Shown here one piece after another: positions 30,232-38,886 of a stretch of 64,000 nt of DNA. The stretch is from Candidatus Levyibacteriota bacterium (GTDB lineage Bacteria; Patescibacteriota; Microgenomatia; Levybacterales; UBA12049), in contig JBBRCK010000003.1 of NCBI GenBank assembly GCA_038205015.1, positions 2,527 to 66,526 on the forward strand, read 5' to 3'. The notes under the pieces were generated by a model. It saw nothing but the letters and a program-made list of their open reading frames with translations. It was not told the DNA's origin and searched no databases. A program made the position numbers and the translations under genes. The first letter of the stretch is position 1; each line of letters starts with the position of its first letter.

Positions 30232-30777
30232 ATGCCAATTTATACACGATTTGGTGATAAAGGAAAGACAGCTCTTCATACCGGAAAAACAGTTTCTAAG
30301 GCGAGCACAAGGGTAGAAGCCTATGGAAATTTAGATGAATTAAATAGTTTTTTAGGAGTTGTTTTATTCGAGCTTAAAGATAAAAAAATAAAAGCAGAAA
30401 TTTTACAAATTCAAAATGATTTATTTGAAATTGGCGCAAACCTTGCGGGGCCGGGGGAAAAAGGGTATTCGGGATTTGGAGAAAAATTAAAAAAAAGAGT
30501 GCTGGAGTTTGAAAAGACAATCGATGTATTAACAAATAAGCTCCCTAAGCTTAAAAACTTTATTTTGCCAGGCGGAAAAACAGGCTCGCTTTTGCATTAT
30601 GCCAGAACTGTTTCCAGGCGCGCCGAAAGAAGGACTGTTGCATTAGCCGGAAAAGAAGAGGTTTTAGAAGAAGTGTTGATTTATTTAAATAGACTTTCGG
30701 ATCTTTTATTTACATTTGCAAGATATATAAATTATAAAGAAAAACAAAAAGAAACCATTTGGACTACAAAGCCTTAG
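30232..30777 (+). CDS. pduO: PduO-type ATP:cob(I)alamin adenosyltransferase
   Basis: IYTRFGDKG.T, YG.LDELNS, FILPGG, RRAER, NRLSD. Confidence 0.93.
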   Translation: MPIYTRFGDKGKTALHTGKTVSKASTRVEAYGNLDELNSFLGVVLFELKDKKIKAEILQIQNDLFEIGANLAGPGEKGYSGFGEKLKKRVLEFEKTIDVLTNKLPKLKNFILPGGKTGSLLHYARTVSRRAERRTVALAGKEEVLEEVLIYLNRLSDLLFTFARYINYKEKQKETIWTTKP

Positions 30778-30818
30778 CATTTATTGTTCTTTATTTAGCT
30801 AAATGTTATGATTAATTC

Positions 30819-33770
30819 ATGGACGACGCTGCTCAGAAACAAAATCCAAATCCGAATTTGAAACCCGATCAAGTTTTAGTAAATGGCCAACCGCAGGTAA
30901 ATAATCAACAACCCCCACTAGTTGGTACAGCCAACAAAGAAGCTGGAGTGAGTACTCCATATATTGAACGCTCTCAGCCGGAGATTAAAACTGACTTTTC
31001 TACTCAGGGATTTATTCAAAATACTCAAGCACCTGTTCCGCACGTTCCTGAAGTAGGCCTAGAAGCTAGCGCAGAATCAACACCTGTACAAACAGAGCCA
31101 ACCGGCAAGGTTGTTTTGCCGATGACAGAAGGCGAAGCAGACAAGACTTTAAATAAGAGCCAGTCGAAATTTAATTTACATGAAAATATAGAAGGTGAAT
31201 ATACAGAAGATTCATTACCGTTTTTTGCAACGTTAATAAAAAAAATTTTTAAAGAAATGCGCAAAAGACTTGTTCCCGGTCCCTCAATGTTAGCATTCTT
31301 GCCGCTTATTCCTATGGCTTATGCACAACAAACAGTTGACTTATGTCCAAGAGGAAACTTTCGCATATTATGCTTTCTTACTGCTCAGCGGGCTGTGACA
31401 ACAGTGTCAAGTTCAAATTCTTCAGGGGCAAATATTTTACTGGCAATTTTTTTAGTACTGGTAATTTTATCTGTAACAGTTTTATTAATTCTTGGAATTT
31501 TATACCTTTTATTCATTTGGTATAAAAACAGGGATAGAGAAAAACAATCTCTTGAATCAACGCTCTTACAGATTGCAGTTCCTAAGGATAATGAAATAAA
31601 AATCGATGCCGCAGAACAGCTTTTTGCAAGTTTTTCCGGAATACGAGCTCATGGAATGTTTGCTTTTTTAAAGAATCCTCCGCATATCTCCTTTGAAATA
31701 GTGGGAATGTCCGAGGATATAAAATTTTATATTTATACCCCAAATAAATATAGAGATATGGTAGAAAAACAAATTAATGCCTCATATCCGGATGCAGAGA
31801 TAAGGGTGGTTGAGGAAAAAGGAGCTAAAGAGGGATATATTATTGGTAATGAATACAATATTTTCAGTAAAGATGGAAAAGTTGCTTTTGCATCGTTAAA
31901 ACTGAAAGATTCAAATTATAAGCCTTTAAAAGTCTACAAAGACTTTGCAGTTGATCCGCTGGCTTCAATCACTTCGGTTTTAGCTAAAATGAGTCATGGA
32001 GAAGGTGCGGCAGTTCAGATTTTAATAACAGGTGCTGATTCCAAGTGGAGTAAGATGGGGAGAAAATTTATCTCGGGTGTCAAGAAAACAGAATCAAATC
32101 CCGAGACCGCTAAGTATTCGGCAGACCCTAAAGAGCTGGAGGCAGTCGAGGGTAAAGTATCCAAACCCGGCTTTCAAGCGGTAGTAAGGCTTGTGGTGTC
32201 TTCAAGTTCGCAAGAAGCAGCCACGGTGCACCTTGAAAATATTATTAATTCCTTCGGACAATTTGAAGGATATAACGCTTTTACTAAAAATAAACACTGG
32301 CTTAAAGGGAATTTTATAACAGATTTTGTCTATAGATTTTTCCCATCGGGCGGTAATCTTTCGATTCTAAATAGCGAAGAATTAGCGAGCATGTTCCATT
32401 TTCCAAATAAAAGTGTTACTACGCCTCATATTTATTGGATTAACGCAAAAAGAGCTCCCGCGCCGGCACAAATTCCGGATTCAGGACTATATCTTGGTAT
32501 GAGTACTTTTAGGGGAATTGCTAAACCTGTATATATGAGAGATGACGATAGAAGAAGACACACTTACATTATTGGAAAAACAGGTGTTGGAAAATCGGAA
32601 ATGTTAAAACAAATGATTCTCCAGGATGTTAATGAGGGAAAAGGACTTGCGGTAATTGATCCGCATGGAGATTTAATCGAAGATGTTATGAAAATGATTC
32701 CTCCGGAAAGAGCAGAGGATGTAATCTTATTCGATCCTTCGGATACTGAAAGACCGCTGGGATTAAATATGTTAGAGGCAAAAACTGAGCAGGAAAAACA
32801 CTATATTGTTTCTTCAATCGTAGGACTTATGTACAAGCTTTACGATCCAAACAAGACCGGCATCATTGGCCCTAGATTTGAGCATGCCATTAGAAATGCA
32901 ATGCTTACGGTAATGAGTGAACCTGGAAGCACTTTTATAGAGGTGGTAAGAGCCCTAACCGATGCAAATTTCGTCCAAGAGCTACTTCCAAAAGTGCAAG
33001 ATCCGATAGTCAGGCGTTACTGGACAGACCAGATTGCTCAAACTAATGATTTTCATAAGTCCGAAACTCTTGATTATATAGTTTCTAAATTCGGAAGATT
33101 TGTTACTAACAAAATGATTCGAAACATTATCGGACAAAGTGAATCTGCTTTTGATTTCAGAAAGATAATGGATGAGGGGAAGATTCTTTTAGTTAATTTA
33201 TCTAAAGGAAAAATCGGAGAAGAAAACGCAGCCTTTTTAGGCTTAGTTTTGGTTCCTAGAATTTTAATTGCCGCCATGAGCAGGCAAGATATTGCACAGG
33301 AAGATAGAAAAGACTTTTACCTGTACGTTGACGAATTCCAGAATTTTGCAACTCCTGATTTTGCCCAAATTCTATCCGAAGCCAGGAAGTTTAAATTAAA
33401 CTTAATCGTTGCCAATCAGTTTATCGGACAAATGGATGAAGATGTTAAAAACGCGATTTTTGGAAACGTTGGAACAATAATGTCATTTAGAGTTGGCGTA
33501 ACAGATGCAAATTATCTGATGCATGAATTCCAACCGGTTTTTACAGAGACAGATTTAATTAATGTTGATGTTTATAACGCATATGTAAAGACAATAGTAG
33601 GGAACGAGCCGGTTACGCCTTTTTCCATTGATACTTCAAAAGATATGACTAAGGAAAAGGGCTTAGAGAATCCAAGAGTGGCAGAACTTGTCAGGGAGCT
33701 TTCCAGGCTAAAATATGGAAAAGATGTGGCGAGCCTTGAGGTTAATATTGCGCAAAGAGCCAGGCTGTAA
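30819..33770 (+). CDS. VirB4/TraG/HerA-like ATPase with N-terminal extension and TM anchor
   Basis: RHTYIIGKTGVGKS, DPHGDL, YVDEFQ, SEARKF, ANQ. Confidence 0.9.
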   Translation: MDDAAQKQNPNPNLKPDQVLVNGQPQVNNQQPPLVGTANKEAGVSTPYIERSQPEIKTDFSTQGFIQNTQAPVPHVPEVGLEASAESTPVQTEPTGKVVLPMTEGEADKTLNKSQSKFNLHENIEGEYTEDSLPFFATLIKKIFKEMRKRLVPGPSMLAFLPLIPMAYAQQTVDLCPRGNFRILCFLTAQRAVTTVSSSNSSGANILLAIFLVLVILSVTVLLILGILYLLFIWYKNRDREKQSLESTLLQIAVPKDNEIKIDAAEQLFASFSGIRAHGMFAFLKNPPHISFEIVGMSEDIKFYIYTPNKYRDMVEKQINASYPDAEIRVVEEKGAKEGYIIGNEYNIFSKDGKVAFASLKLKDSNYKPLKVYKDFAVDPLASITSVLAKMSHGEGAAVQILITGADSKWSKMGRKFISGVKKTESNPETAKYSADPKELEAVEGKVSKPGFQAVVRLVVSSSSQEAATVHLENIINSFGQFEGYNAFTKNKHWLKGNFITDFVYRFFPSGGNLSILNSEELASMFHFPNKSVTTPHIYWINAKRAPAPAQIPDSGLYLGMSTFRGIAKPVYMRDDDRRRHTYIIGKTGVGKSEMLKQMILQDVNEGKGLAVIDPHGDLIEDVMKMIPPERAEDVILFDPSDTERPLGLNMLEAKTEQEKHYIVSSIVGLMYKLYDPNKTGIIGPRFEHAIRNAMLTVMSEPGSTFIEVVRALTDANFVQELLPKVQDPIVRRYWTDQIAQTNDFHKSETLDYIVSKFGRFVTNKMIRNIIGQSESAFDFRKIMDEGKILLVNLSKGKIGEENAAFLGLVLVPRILIAAMSRQDIAQEDRKDFYLYVDEFQNFATPDFAQILSEARKFKLNLIVANQFIGQMDEDVKNAIFGNVGTIMSFRVGVTDANYLMHEFQPVFTETDLINVDVYNAYVKTIVGNEPVTPFSIDTSKDMTKEKGLENPRVAELVRELSRLKYGKDVASLEVNIAQRARL

Positions 33771-33772
33771 AG

Positions 33773-33801
33773 TTGACAAACCCCGCCAAAATTTGTACTA
33801 T
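33773..33801 (+). promoter_or_regulatory. sigma70 promoter for the HTH-LAGLIDADG-like ORF
   Basis: TTGACA-17-TACTAT. Confidence 0.65.
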
Positions 33802-33840
33802 TGAAATATATCCTTATAATATTAATTTGGGTGTTCGGTT

Positions 33841-34533
33841 ATGGCAAGAGTTATTGATAGACAAAAAGCAATTGAGTTAAGAAAGAAAGGTCAAACTTAC
33901 AGCGAAATAAGGCATAAGCTGAATATTTCTAAAAGCACGCTTTCTGATTGGTTATCAAAATTTCCGCTAACTGCAGAACAGTTAATTAAGCTTGAAAAGA
34001 GTAGAAAACGAAATAACTTTTTGGGCATAGAAAAAATTAGATTAACAAAACAAAGGAAAAGAGAAAATCGAATAAATACTATTTATGAAATAGAAAAAAA
34101 ACGTTGGCGGTCTTTAAGTATTAAAGAACTTGAGTTGGCGGGCCTTTTCCTTTATTGGGGAGAAGGGAGGAAAAACCTAAAAAGCGCCTTGGCAATTAAT
34201 AATACAGATCCACAAGTGGTTAAATTTGCCTTACGCTGGATGACAGAAGCATTAAAAATTTCCAAAAACAGAATTAAAGTAGAATTGCATCTTTATTCGG
34301 ATATGAATATATTAAGCGAGATAAAATTTTGGGAAAAAGAGCTTGGAATTCCAAAGTTTCAATTTTATAAGCCTTACATAAAAATAAATACTAAAGCCGC
34401 AGTTGACCATAAGGGGTTTGGGCATGGCACATGTGGGTTGATCGTAAATGATGTTAGGCTAAAAGAAAAAGTTATGATGAGTATTAAGGCAATTTCCAAT
34501 CGATGTTCTACGAAAATTGAAGCTATGGTATAA
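33841..34533 (+). CDS. HTH + single LAGLIDADG-like domain protein upstream of tRNA-Ile
   Basis: KAIELRKKGQTYSEI...ISKSTLSDWL; LAGLFLYWGEGRK; NTDP; GTC. Confidence 0.8.
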   Translation: MARVIDRQKAIELRKKGQTYSEIRHKLNISKSTLSDWLSKFPLTAEQLIKLEKSRKRNNFLGIEKIRLTKQRKRENRINTIYEIEKKRWRSLSIKELELAGLFLYWGEGRKNLKSALAINNTDPQVVKFALRWMTEALKISKNRIKVELHLYSDMNILSEIKFWEKELGIPKFQFYKPYIKINTKAAVDHKGFGHGTCGLIVNDVRLKEKVMMSIKAISNRCSTKIEAMV

Positions 34534-34545
34534 TTATCTTTACTT

Positions 34546-34617
34546 GCGCCTGTAGTTCATCGGTAGAACAATTGTCTTATAAACAATAGGTGTTTGGTTC
34601 GACTCCAAGCAGGCGCA
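34546..34617 (+). tRNA. tRNA-Ile(TAT)
   Basis: GCGCCTG/CAGGCGC acceptor, A73, ATTGT-CTTATAA-ACAAT anticodon arm, TTCGACT. Confidence 0.92.
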
Positions 34618-34638
34618 CAGCGTCTTAATTTTTTTGCT

Positions 34639-35499
34639 TTAAAGTTCGGTTAAAACTGAAGAATCTTTGCCGCGTTCTGGCACATACTGGAGATATCTTT
34701 CGGTTGTTGAAAGTCTTTTATGCCCTAAAACCTTAGATAGGGAAACTAGTGACACCCCATGTTTTAAGTGATGAGCAACGAAAGTATGTCTTAAATCATT
34801 TACCTTGGCATCTTTAATTTCTGCTAATCTAAAATACCTTTCAACCGCGGTTCTAATGTTTCTAATTAAGAAAGGTTTTCCGGATTTAGTAATAAAAAGG
34901 TGGTCGTCAGTCACTTTTGGCCTTAAATCTGAATATCTAGCTAATGCTTCTTGAGCTCTTTTGTTTAATGGAACAATTCTGTCGGCATGTTTTTCAAAAG
35001 GTGAAATATGTAGCGTGTCTTTGGTTACGTCGGAAAGTCTAAGGTTAGCAAGCTCACCGATTCTAATACCGGTTTGCAAGAGTAATTCTATAACAGCAAA
35101 CATTCTGGCGTCGTTTCTTGCAGCATCGCGTAGCGCTCTGTATTCGGTCGGAGTAAGTATTCTAGGTGGAGCAAGCTGGTACTTAGGGTGTGAGACTAAA
35201 AGGGAAGGGTCGTCGGTAATATATTCGCTTACTTTTAAGAATCTATAAAAAGTTCTGGTGGAGTTAATTTTTCGAGAAATTGACTTTGGAGTATAGCCTT
35301 CTTTACCTAGTTTTGCCAAAAATGCTTCGATATCTTCTTTTGCAACTTCATGAACCTGATTTCTTTGAAGCTCTTCTAAAAAGGCTATTAATTGGTCAAT
35401 ATCTTTACCGTATGCAACCACAGTAGAAGCAGACTTTTTGTTGTCCTTTAAAAAGTTTTTAAATTCATTATGGGCATCTCTTAATTTGATTGGTTTCAT
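34639..35499 (-). CDS. Tyrosine recombinase, XerC/D-like
   Basis: SAM-like N-domain, TGIRIGE, NDLRHTF, LGH..LSTTERY. Confidence 0.9.
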   Translation of the reverse strand: MKPIKLRDAHNEFKNFLKDNKKSASTVVAYGKDIDQLIAFLEELQRNQVHEVAKEDIEAFLAKLGKEGYTPKSISRKINSTRTFYRFLKVSEYITDDPSLLVSHPKYQLAPPRILTPTEYRALRDAARNDARMFAVIELLLQTGIRIGELANLRLSDVTKDTLHISPFEKHADRIVPLNKRAQEALARYSDLRPKVTDDHLFITKSGKPFLIRNIRTAVERYFRLAEIKDAKVNDLRHTFVAHHLKHGVSLVSLSKVLGHKRLSTTERYLQYVPERGKDSSVLTEL

Positions 35500-35622
35500 A
35501 TAATAATAAATTCAAAGCTAGACTAAGAATTATTGTATCCTATAATATCACTAATTTTCACACTAGTCAAGCACGAAAAAGCCCTATAGCAGATTTATAT
35601 GGTATTATATAGTTAAGTTGAT

Positions 35623-35961
35623 ATGAAAAAGGTTCTTTATATATTCACGGTCATAGTTTTAAGTATTATTATTAGTAATTTGCTTCATTCAATTTATGAT
35701 TTATGGCACAAGCAAGACCTGATAACTACAGCCACAAAACAGCTTGACGCTGAAAAACTCAAAAATGCCAAGCTAAAAGGAGAGCTTTCTTATGTAAAAA
35801 CCCAGCAATTTGTTGATGAAACAGCCAGAAATAAGCTGTTTTTAATAAAACCGGGGGAGCAACAGGTTTTAATCTCAAAAGATTTATTAAAGCTAAATAC
35901 CGGGGATCAAAAAAAGAGTAATCTTTCAAACTGGCAAAAGTGGCTGAATCTTTTCTTCTAG
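35623..35961 (+). CDS. Septum formation initiator (FtsB/DivIC family)
   Basis: TM + coiled coil + FVDETARNKL.LIKPGE. Confidence 0.85.
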   Translation: MKKVLYIFTVIVLSIIISNLLHSIYDLWHKQDLITTATKQLDAEKLKNAKLKGELSYVKTQQFVDETARNKLFLIKPGEQQVLISKDLLKLNTGDQKKSNLSNWQKWLNLFF

Positions 35962-36035
35962 TACCAGGGGTGAGATTCGAACTCACGACCGCAAGGATAT
36001 GAATCTTGTGCTCTAACCAACTGAGCTACCCTGGC
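35962..36035 (-). tRNA. tRNA with CAT anticodon, likely elongator Met
   Basis: GCCAGGG/CCCTGGT acceptor, TTCATAT loop, TTCGAAT. Confidence 0.9.
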
Positions 36036-36095
36036 TCGCAATTATTTTAACATTTACTTCAAATTGAAGCAAATTTGTGCTATAATAGTAAAACG

Positions 36096-36353
36096 CGCGG
36101 GGTAGTGTACAGTGCACGTGAGGCTTAATAAAATGGGCCGTTTTGATAGTAATATTAAAAATGAACTTGGCTATATCGGTGAACTCCTGATTAAATCAGG
36201 ACAATACCGAGGGAAGTCCTTAAAAAAGACCCCGTAGAGACTACACGCCGAGCTCCCCAATTTAATTGGGGATGATGATATAGTCCGACACTCTAAGTAA
36301 TTGGAGAAACAGTGCATAATCTCACAGGCTAGGCGCAACTCCTAGCCCCGCAA
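36096..36353 (+). tRNA. Initiator tRNA-fMet(CAT), exons 36096-36125 and 36315-36353
   Basis: CGCGGGG/CCCCGCA with C1:A72; spliced arm TGAGG-CT^CATAA-TCTCA. Confidence 0.88.
36126..36314 (+). ncRNA. Group I self-splicing intron (189 nt, no ORF)
   Basis: P7 elements AGAGACTA and GATATAGTCC, terminal G, IGS ATGGGCC forming P1 (U.G) and P10 with CAT. Confidence 0.92.
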
Positions 36354-36359
36354 CAAGTT

Positions 36360-36386
36360 AACCCACTTCGAAAGATGTGGGTTTTT
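36360..36386 (+). terminator. Intrinsic terminator after tRNA-fMet
   Basis: AACCCAC..GTGGGTT followed by TTT. Confidence 0.8.
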
Positions 36387-36404
36387 ATTGTATAATTGCC
36401 ATTA

Positions 36405-37712
36405 ATGAACTTAAAAGATAAAAAAATTGCAGTAATCGGAGAGGGAGTAGAGGGGCTTTCTTCAAAAAAATATTTAGAAAGTAAGGGCGCAATTGTCACA
36501 ATTCTAGATAAAAAACAAGGCGATGATTATCTTCAAAACCTGAATGAATATGATTTAGTTATAAGAAGCCCCGGAATAAAATTAGAGCTTTTAAAAGATG
36601 TTTCTCAAGAAAAAATAACGTCACAAACAAAACTTTTTTTTGATCTTTCTCCTGCAAAAATTATCGGAGTAACAGGAACAAAAGGAAAGGGAACCACTTC
36701 TTCTTTAATTTACGAAATGCTAAGAAAAGAAGGTTTTGATGCGTATCTAGGAGGCAATATTGGTGTTTCTCCATTTGAGTTTTTGGATAAATTAAATGTT
36801 CACTCAGTTGTGGTCTTAGAGTTGTCGAGTTTTCAGTTAATTGATTTAGAAAAAAGTCCAAATATTGCAGTAATGTTAATGACAACTTCAGAGCATTTGG
36901 ACTGGCATAAATCACAAGAAGAATATCTTACTGCCAAAAGAAATATTTTAAGATTTCAAAAAGAAGAAGACATTGCAATTATTAATAAAGACTATTTGGC
37001 AAGTCGGGAATCGGACGTAGAGACAAACGGACAGGTTTACTATATTAGTAGAGAAGAAGAAGTAAATAGGGGATGTTTTGTAAAAGAAAACGCGGTTTGG
37101 ATGAGAACGGGTGATTTGGAAGAGAAAGTAATTAATACTCAAGAAGTATTAATTCCCGGTGCTCATAATCTGGAAAACGTTTGCGCTTCGGCTCTCGCCT
37201 CGTTTTTGGCAGGAGTTCAGATTCATAATATTACTCAAGTTTTAAAGACCTTTAAGGGCTTAGAACATAGACTTGAATTAATCACAACAATTAAGGGTGT
37301 TAGATACTTTGATGATTCGTTTTCAACCACGCCTGAAACCGCAATCGCGGCAATAAATGCATTTAATAATCCCGAAATTTTAATATTGGGAGGTTCATCT
37401 AAAAATTCGGATTTTAAAGTTTTGGGAGAAGCTATCTCAAACGCTACAAATATAAAGGCAATTATTGGGATTGGAATTGAGTGGCCAAGAATAAAAGCAG
37501 AAATCAAAGAACCAAGGTCTGAAATTTACTTTATAGAAGGTGCAGATAGTATGGAGAAAATAGTGGTTGCGGTTTCAAAATTAGCAGTTGATGGCGATGT
37601 TGTTCTTTTGTCTCCAGCTTGTGCGTCTTTTGATATGTTTAAAAATTACAAAGAAAGAGGCGAACAATTTAAAAGAGAAGTCCTGCTCTTAAAAGAAAAT
37701 GAGTCAAATTAG
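36405..37712 (+). CDS. murD: UDP-MurNAc-L-Ala:D-Glu ligase
   Basis: RSPG, GTKGKGTT, GGNIG, ELSSFQL, LSPACASFD. Confidence 0.96.
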   Translation: MNLKDKKIAVIGEGVEGLSSKKYLESKGAIVTILDKKQGDDYLQNLNEYDLVIRSPGIKLELLKDVSQEKITSQTKLFFDLSPAKIIGVTGTKGKGTTSSLIYEMLRKEGFDAYLGGNIGVSPFEFLDKLNVHSVVVLELSSFQLIDLEKSPNIAVMLMTTSEHLDWHKSQEEYLTAKRNILRFQKEEDIAIINKDYLASRESDVETNGQVYYISREEEVNRGCFVKENAVWMRTGDLEEKVINTQEVLIPGAHNLENVCASALASFLAGVQIHNITQVLKTFKGLEHRLELITTIKGVRYFDDSFSTTPETAIAAINAFNNPEILILGGSSKNSDFKVLGEAISNATNIKAIIGIGIEWPRIKAEIKEPRSEIYFIEGADSMEKIVVAVSKLAVDGDVVLLSPACASFDMFKNYKERGEQFKREVLLLKENESN

Positions 37713-38874
37713 CTTTAAAATAGTCAAAAAAGATAAAAAATTAAAAATGAGAGCGGGAATAATTTCTACGCCCCACGGAGATATTGAAACGCCAATTTTT
37801 ATTCCGGTTGGAACAAATTCTTCTGTAAAATCTGTTAGTCCTCGTGACCTAAAAGAAATGGGTGCCCAAATAATTCTTTCAAACACCTACCATTTACATC
37901 TTCGGCCTGGCGAGGATTTAATAAAAAAGTTCGGAGGGCTTTCTAAATGGATGTCTTGGGGTGGTCCTACAATGACAGATTCAGGTGGGTTTCAGGTTTT
38001 TTCTTTAGGAATTGGCTTAGAGCACGGGGTTGGAAAACTTTTAAGAGAAGAGGAGGGAGAAGCAAAGCCAAGGCTTAATAAAATAACACAAGAAGGAGTA
38101 ACATTTCAATCTCATTTAGACGGGAGCAAGCAATATTTATCACCTGAAGTTTCAATTGCGATTCAAGAAAAAATTGGAGCTGATTTAATTGTTTCTTTTG
38201 ATGACTTAGAATCTCCTAAATATAATCACAAAGAAACAGAAAAGTCTTTGGATTTAACAGAGGATTGGTCACTTCGTTCAATTGCCGCTCACAAAAGAAA
38301 AGATCAATTATTATATGGCGTAACGCATGGGGGAAGCTTTGAGGATTTAAGGGTAAAATCTGCCAAATTTATCGATGAAAACTTTGATGCAATTGCTTTG
38401 GGAGGTGCTCATAAAAATAAACAAGATATGAGTAAGATTGTTGAATGGACAATTGCCAATGTGTCGGATGAAAAACCTCGGCACATGTTGGGAATTGGGG
38501 AAGTGGACGATATTTTTGAGCTGATTGAAAGAGGAATTGACACTTTTGACTGTGTTATTCCAACTAGAATTGGAAGAACTGGATATTTCTTTGTTTCTCC
38601 ACCACAAGGAAATACTAAAAATAGATTCAGAATGGATATTAATAAACCTCAGTTTAGAACCGACCCAAAACCCTTGGATAAAAACTGCAGTTGCTATACT
38701 TGTCAGAATTTTACACGCGCATATCTTTTTCATTTATTCAGAAATAGAGAGCTTTTGGCATACAGCTTAATTAGTACTCATAACGTTCATTTTTTAGTAA
38801 ATTTAACAAAACAAATAAGAAAGGTAATTCTTGAGGATAAATTTCAAGCACTTAAGAAAAAGTGGTTGGTGTGA
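37699..38874 (+). CDS. tgt: tRNA-guanine transglycosylase
   Basis: NTYHL, TDSGGFQ, FDCV.PTR, C.C..C..H Zn site. Confidence 0.95.
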   Translation: MSQISFKIVKKDKKLKMRAGIISTPHGDIETPIFIPVGTNSSVKSVSPRDLKEMGAQIILSNTYHLHLRPGEDLIKKFGGLSKWMSWGGPTMTDSGGFQVFSLGIGLEHGVGKLLREEEGEAKPRLNKITQEGVTFQSHLDGSKQYLSPEVSIAIQEKIGADLIVSFDDLESPKYNHKETEKSLDLTEDWSLRSIAAHKRKDQLLYGVTHGGSFEDLRVKSAKFIDENFDAIALGGAHKNKQDMSKIVEWTIANVSDEKPRHMLGIGEVDDIFELIERGIDTFDCVIPTRIGRTGYFFVSPPQGNTKNRFRMDINKPQFRTDPKPLDKNCSCYTCQNFTRAYLFHLFRNRELLAYSLISTHNVHFLVNLTKQIRKVILEDKFQALKKKWLV

Positions 38875-38886
38875 TAATATAAAAGC

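Noticed and set aside
30819-36035. Integrative conjugative element (VirB4-like ATPase + recombinase + tRNAs)
   Set aside because: No att repeat duplicating a tRNA end, no relaxase or other T4SS genes seen; the recombinase looks like a chromosomal Xer-type enzyme beside ftsB.
35962-36035. Calling the CAT tRNA an Ile2
   Set aside because: Cannot be excluded, but an Ile(UAU) gene is present nearby, so elongator Met is more parsimonious.
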